DNA from: Planctomycetota bacterium | Lineage (GTDB): Bacteria > Planctomycetota > B15-G4 | Direction of reading: 5' to 3' | DNA: 64,000 nucleotides | NCBI GenBank assembly: GCA_965248575.1 | Contig: CBDFJQ010000002.1 | Coordinates: 3,424,001-3,488,000 of the forward strand | Shown here: piece after piece, positions 59,364 to 64,000 of the stretch | Layout of the letters: each line of letters begins with the position of its first letter | How positions within the stretch are numbered: position 1 is the first letter of the stretch | Translations under genes and position numbers: made by a program | Notes under the pieces: generated by a model | What the model was told of the DNA's origin: nothing | The model's input: the letters and a program-made list of their open reading frames with translations, nothing else | Database searches by the model: none

Positions 59364-60271
59364 CGAACCTCTTCGCCGACCGCCTCGCCAACGCCGTTCT
59401 CAGCAAGGGCTCTTCGGTGGTGGTGGGGCTCGACCCAGACATCAGGAAGTTCCCTCTTGAGTTGCTTCCAGCCGCGCCAGATGAGCTCAGCCGGGAACAG
59501 GCCGCGGGGGCCATCCGCGCATTCAACGACGTCGTTCTGGAGCAGGTGGCGCCCTACGCATGCGCTGTCAAACCCCAGATCGCCTACTACGAAGCCTGGG
59601 GGGCTCCTGGCATCCAGGCCTTCGAGGACACAGTGCGAAAGGCCCATGAGCTAGGACTCCTGGTCATCTCTGATATCAAGCGAGGCGACATCGGCTCCAC
59701 GGCGAGCGCCTACGCCGCAGCACACCTGCTCGCGCCCGAGGCGGGCGACGCCATCACGGTGAACCCCTACCTCGGAACCGACAGCATCCAGCCCTTTTTA
59801 GACGCCTGCCAGGCCTGTCATGGCGGGTTGTTCATCCTTGTCCGCACGTCCAACCCGTCTGCTCGTGACATCCAGGACCTGGACTCAGGGGGCCAGCCCG
59901 TCCACGAACATGTCGCCAAACTCGTCAAGGAATGGGGCAGCACCCTCGTGGGGCGCCATGGCTACTCGAGCGTGGGCGCCGTTGTCGGCGCGACAGCCCC
60001 GGAAGAGCTCGCCAAGCTCCGATCGATGCTGCCGAACACCTGGTTCCTGATCCCAGGGGTCGGAGCACAGGGAGGCAAAGCGTCCGATGTCGCTGCAGCC
60101 TTCGACGAACGAGGGCTCGGTGCTGTCATCAACTCGTCGCGCGGGATCCTCTACGCCTTTGGCGACCCTGCGACCAAGGATTGGCGAACGCCCATCGGTG
60201 AAGCTGCCAAGGTGTTGCGGGATCAACTCGCCGAAGCGGCCGGCCCAAGCCTTGCCCGGAACGGCCCGTGA
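59360..60271 (+). CDS. pyrF: orotidine-5'-phosphate decarboxylase
   Basis: VGLDP, KPQ.AYY, DIKRGDIGST, RTSNP, GAVVGAT, PG.GAQG, NSSR.I. Confidence 0.96.
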   Translation: MTNLFADRLANAVLSKGSSVVVGLDPDIRKFPLELLPAAPDELSREQAAGAIRAFNDVVLEQVAPYACAVKPQIAYYEAWGAPGIQAFEDTVRKAHELGLLVISDIKRGDIGSTASAYAAAHLLAPEAGDAITVNPYLGTDSIQPFLDACQACHGGLFILVRTSNPSARDIQDLDSGGQPVHEHVAKLVKEWGSTLVGRHGYSSVGAVVGATAPEELAKLRSMLPNTWFLIPGVGAQGGKASDVAAAFDERGLGAVINSSRGILYAFGDPATKDWRTPIGEAAKVLRDQLAEAAGPSLARNGP

Positions 60272-61701
60272 TTCGTCGTCTTCCACACCCCCTCGTTCAC
60301 GGCGCTTGGAACGAGGCTTGGTGGGGCGGTGACCCTCAGCTCTCAGCCATCTTTGGAGAGCACCCGAGCCTCGAGGCTGCAAAGAGTCTGGCCCCACGGC
60401 TGGCTGGCCCGACGGGCTGGACATCGAGCTTGAGGTCGAGCCCTGAACCAGCTCTTGACGAAGACGCCCTGGTGGTGCTCGCAGGGCAGCAACCTGTCCT
60501 TGGGGGCGGAGCACTACTCGTCGCCCACAAGGCGGCCGCCGCGGTTGCCCTGGCTCGCCAACTGCAAGCGGGGTTGGGGCGTCAGGTGGTCCCGGTCTTC
60601 CTCTTGGCGACCCAGGACCACGACACGACTGAAGTCGATCATCTCGATCTCATCCATCCGTCAAAAAACCACCTTCAGAGGTATCGCTGTGCTCTCAGCC
60701 CGCGAAGCGAGATGTTTTCGCGCGCGAGTTGGGGCAACCAATCGCTGTCCGACTTCTTCCATAAGTTGGGATCTGATTATTGCGTCGATGAGAGTATTTT
60801 AAGCAACTCTCTTGTAGCAAGCCCTGCTGCTGAGCACGTGGCCCTCTTGATGGAGCAAGCGTTCAAGGGCACGGGGTTGAGGTTCGTCGAAGCCCACCAC
60901 CTGCAGGCTCATTCAACCCCCGTCCTGAAGCGAGCCCTGCTCGAACCGGAGCAACTCGCCAATCAGCTACGGGGGGGGCAGGAGCGACTTCGGGCCGCAG
61001 GCTTCTCTCCGAGCTTCGACCCAGACGACCCCCGACCGCTGGTCCTGGAATCTCGCGAAGCGCGTCGGAGGCGGATCGACCCCGACGATACCGGGGCAGT
61101 CACGCGTCTCACGGATCGACCGGACGACTTCAGCCCCCATGCCGCACTCCGCCCCATCGTTCAAGCCGCATCCTTGCCCGTCATCGCTCAGGTCTGCGGG
61201 CCCTCGGAAATCGTGTACTTGGGCCAGGCCCGCCCACTCCATGCGCACTTCGATGTGGTCGCCCCCTTGTTGGTCCCACGCTTGGAAGCCACGCGAGTCT
61301 CGGCGGACGAAATCGATGAACTCGACCTCTCCTTGGATTCCGCTGAGAGCAGCAGCCCCGTAGACGGCCCACTCGCTGACCTCGTCGACTCCCTGACGAG
61401 CTTCCAGAAGGCGGTCGCGGCCCTCGACACCCAGCTTGCTACCCGGACAGAGCGCTTCGCCGTGCGGGTCGCTCGAGATGCCCGCGCGCTAGCCGAGGCT
61501 CCCGCCTGGCGGGGAAAGCACGTGAGGAAGAACCCCCGCCTGCGTCCTCGAGGCCGCTATCAAGACGCCGTTTTAGGCTGGCTACCGGAAGCCTTTGGCC
61601 CGGACTCTCCTGAGAACTGGGCCGAGAGCATCATTGGCCTGAGCCAACCTCTCGAACCTCCCGTGCACGTGCTGCATTCCTTTGCTGAGGACACACCCTG
61701 A
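60268..61701 (+). CDS. bshC: bacillithiol biosynthesis cysteine-adding enzyme (divergent)
   Basis: GQQP...G.L..AHK, PVF....DHD..EV, FSP...LRP.VQ...LP....GPSE..Y..Q; next to bshB1/bshA. Confidence 0.8.
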   Translation: MIRRLPHPLVHGAWNEAWWGGDPQLSAIFGEHPSLEAAKSLAPRLAGPTGWTSSLRSSPEPALDEDALVVLAGQQPVLGGGALLVAHKAAAAVALARQLQAGLGRQVVPVFLLATQDHDTTEVDHLDLIHPSKNHLQRYRCALSPRSEMFSRASWGNQSLSDFFHKLGSDYCVDESILSNSLVASPAAEHVALLMEQAFKGTGLRFVEAHHLQAHSTPVLKRALLEPEQLANQLRGGQERLRAAGFSPSFDPDDPRPLVLESREARRRRIDPDDTGAVTRLTDRPDDFSPHAALRPIVQAASLPVIAQVCGPSEIVYLGQARPLHAHFDVVAPLLVPRLEATRVSADEIDELDLSLDSAESSSPVDGPLADLVDSLTSFQKAVAALDTQLATRTERFAVRVARDARALAEAPAWRGKHVRKNPRLRPRGRYQDAVLGWLPEAFGPDSPENWAESIIGLSQPLEPPVHVLHSFAEDTP

Positions 61702-62426
61702 TGGTCGACGCCTTGTTCATAGGGCCACACCCGGACGACATCGAGATCTGCTCAGGTGGTCTCGCCCTGAGCCTCAAGAAGCAGGGATACACTACAGGCG
61801 GGCTGGACCTCACTGCAGGCGAGTCCGGCACCCGCGGCACGCCTGAGCAGAGGTACGAGGAAGCCCAGCGGGGCGCCAAGTTGCTGGGCTTGGAGTTCCG
61901 TGAATGCCTCGGCTTGCGCGATGGCCACATCGAAAATGACCAAGCCAGCCGCGACAAGTTGATCGAGGTGATTCGCCGCCACCGACCACGACTTGTAGTG
62001 GCTCCGATCCCCATCGACCACCACCCAGACCATTCCCGCGCCGGACTGCTCGTGAAGGAAGCACGCTTCCTTGCCGGCTGCGCAAAGATCGGACCGGAGC
62101 TTCCCCCTTGGCGTCCGGGTCGCGTGCTCTTCTATCCATCGCGGGAGATGGTGGAGGCGACACTCGTTGTAGACGTCAGCGATGTGTACGAGGGCAAAAT
62201 GGCAGCCATCAAGGCGCATGTGTCCCAGCTCCATGATCCCGACTCCAAGGAGCTGCCCACGTCCATCGCATCTGCCGATTTCCTGGACGCCATCCAGGCG
62301 CGCGACCGTTCCAACGGAGCCCAGGTGGGTGTGCGCTATGGCGAGGCCTACACAGTGGATGGTCCGCTCGCCGTGAATGACCCGCTCCCGGTCGTGCGCG
62401 ACAGCGGCCAGAGCGTGTTCCTGTGA
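61701..62426 (+). CDS. bshB1: bacillithiol biosynthesis deacetylase
   Basis: HPDDIE, DLT.GE.GTRGT, HPDH, K..AI.AH.SQ, G..YGE. Confidence 0.9.
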   Translation: MVDALFIGPHPDDIEICSGGLALSLKKQGYTTGGLDLTAGESGTRGTPEQRYEEAQRGAKLLGLEFRECLGLRDGHIENDQASRDKLIEVIRRHRPRLVVAPIPIDHHPDHSRAGLLVKEARFLAGCAKIGPELPPWRPGRVLFYPSREMVEATLVVDVSDVYEGKMAAIKAHVSQLHDPDSKELPTSIASADFLDAIQARDRSNGAQVGVRYGEAYTVDGPLAVNDPLPVVRDSGQSVFL

Positions 62427-63559
62427 GACCCCTGCGCATCGGTATCGCCTGCTACCCCACCTACGGCGGGAGTGGTGTCCTCGCCACGGAGCTGGGGATT
62501 GCCCTGGCGCGAGAAGGGCACGAGGTTCACCTCTTCTCGTACGCCCGCCCCACGCGACTGGCCTCGTATCACGTTGGCCTCGAGTTCCATAACGTCAGCG
62601 TATCTTCCTACCCACTATTCCATTACCCACCCTATGACCTGGCATTGTCGTCGGTCATGCGTCAGGTGATGTGCGAACGCTCTCTCGACATCCTTCACGT
62701 GCACTATGCCGTTCCACACGCAATTTGTGCATATCTTGCGCGTGAAATGAGCCCTAATTGCACAACGAAGATCGTCACCACCTTGCATGGAACCGATATC
62801 ACGATCTTGGGCCGAGACCCGAGCTACCGCGACGTCATCCCCTTCGGATTGGCCCAGAGCGACGCGGTCGTCAGCGTGTCCCAATGGCTCGCCGACCAGA
62901 CCCGGGGGGTCTTCGACTTCCAGGGGCCCATCGATGTGCTGCCCAACTTCGTGGACCAGAACATCTTCAAACCCCGCAACGACGACACCGTGCGCCAAGA
63001 ATTGGGCGGTGACGACAACGCGCTCATCGTCCACATGTCCAACTTCCGCTCCCTCAAGCGGACCGGAGACACCATCGACGTCCTCCGGAAGCTGAAGACC
63101 GAGCGCCCCGTGAAGCTCCTGCTCGTGGGTGATGGCCCGGATCAATCCCTGGTTCGGGAACTTGCGACCCGGCACGGGCTCTGCGACCAGGTCCACTTTC
63201 TCGGGGAGATCGACAATGTGGCTTCCATCATGGCCGCCAGCGATGTGGCTCTCTTTCCCAGCGAAAGCGAGTCCTTCGGTTTGGCTCCTTTGGAGGCCAT
63301 GGCCTGTGCGGTGCCGGTGGTCACGACAAACGTCGGCGGCCTCCCAGAGGTGGTCGTGCATGGCGAATCAGGCTACCTCCATGAGGTGGGGGACACGGAT
63401 GCCATGGCCGCGAGCCTCGACACCCTGATCGAAGATCCTGCCCGCTGCGCGAAGATGGGAGAGGCGGGGGTCCAGCGCGTCACGGAGGAGTTTTCGCTGC
63501 GGACCAGCCTCGAGCAGCATGTCGAGCTGTACCGCAGAGTGCTTTCAAAGGACTCATGA
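62423..63559 (+). CDS. bshA: N-acetyl-alpha-D-glucosaminyl L-malate synthase
   Basis: IGIACYPTYGGSG.LATELG, YPLF.YPPY, HVHYA.PHA, TTLHGTDIT, H.SNFR..KR, ESFGL..LEAM. Confidence 0.95.
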   Translation: MRPLRIGIACYPTYGGSGVLATELGIALAREGHEVHLFSYARPTRLASYHVGLEFHNVSVSSYPLFHYPPYDLALSSVMRQVMCERSLDILHVHYAVPHAICAYLAREMSPNCTTKIVTTLHGTDITILGRDPSYRDVIPFGLAQSDAVVSVSQWLADQTRGVFDFQGPIDVLPNFVDQNIFKPRNDDTVRQELGGDDNALIVHMSNFRSLKRTGDTIDVLRKLKTERPVKLLLVGDGPDQSLVRELATRHGLCDQVHFLGEIDNVASIMAASDVALFPSESESFGLAPLEAMACAVPVVTTNVGGLPEVVVHGESGYLHEVGDTDAMAASLDTLIEDPARCAKMGEAGVQRVTEEFSLRTSLEQHVELYRRVLSKDS

Positions 63560-64000
63560 AGCGCATCTATTTCGACCACAACGCTTCATCGCCGCTGAGA
63601 ACGAAAGCTCGGGCCGTGCTTGCGGACTGGGCCACGGATGTCTCCCACGGAAACCCCTCCAGCGCGCACCAGGACGGTCGCAAGGCGCGACGCCGGCTTG
63701 AGGAGTCCAGAGAACGCATCGCGGCCCTCGCTGGCTGCCAAGCAGAAGAGCTGGTGTTCACCTCGGGAGGAACCGAGTCCAACGCTTGGGCCCTCGCTGG
63801 CTGGGAGCGAGTCGCAGTCCTGCCCGTGGAACACCCCAGCATCTTGCGCGCTGCAGAGCGGCGACCACAACACGAGCTGCTTCCCCTCGATGACCAGCAC
63901 AGGCTCGACATGGAAGCGGCTTCGCCCTTCCTGGCGCGCTGCGATGTCGCGAGTTTGGCCCTCGCCAATCACGAGACGGGGATGCTTCAGGATTTGTCCG
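63556..64000 (+). CDS. IscS/NifS-type cysteine desulfurase, N-terminal part (runs off window)
   Basis: Manual translation MKRIYFDHNASSPLR...GNPSSAH..G..AR...FTSGGTESN...EHPS...ANHETG; ATGA overlap with bshA. Confidence 0.9.
   Translation, partial: MKRIYFDHNASSPLRTKARAVLADWATDVSHGNPSSAHQDGRKARRRLEESRERIAALAGCQAEELVFTSGGTESNAWALAGWERVAVLPVEHPSILRAAERRPQHELLPLDDQHRLDMEAASPFLARCDVASLALANHETGMLQDLS

Overview
High-GC bacterial chromosomal segment. The host is probably Planctomycetota; this is inferred from the short planctomycete-type sigma70, the long HPr-domain protein and the 'DCNGNG..D' choice-of-anchor B protein. About 50 genes are densely packed. Housekeeping genes include ispG (partial), a sufS-like desulfurase, yqeY, mutM, purF, pyrB/pyrI/pyrF, parB with an adjacent parS site, hemW and a bacillithiol cluster (bshC-bshB1-bshA). 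tRNA-Arg(CCT) is followed by an IS91/ISCR transposase relic with an oriIS-like end and a truncated secreted propeller gene. Envelope/secreted modules include PqiA-PqiA-PqiB, an NHL/YtkA/di-heme operon, an AttE/F/H-like ABC module, glycosyltransferases and a B12 radical SAM enzyme. The most unusual items are: (i) a 107-nt structured intergenic element with a tRNA-Ala/tmRNA-like acceptor end (G3-U, A, CCA) but no T-arm; (ii) a YbjN-like protein coupled to a ClpA/C-like unfoldase with a degenerate first AAA ring but an intact second ring and IGF loop; (iii) a ~170-nt 6S-like rod; (iv) an AAA-wHTH gene with repeated CTTATG boxes upstream. No CRISPR array or rRNA was seen. All calls come from motif recognition by eye; no database searches were run.
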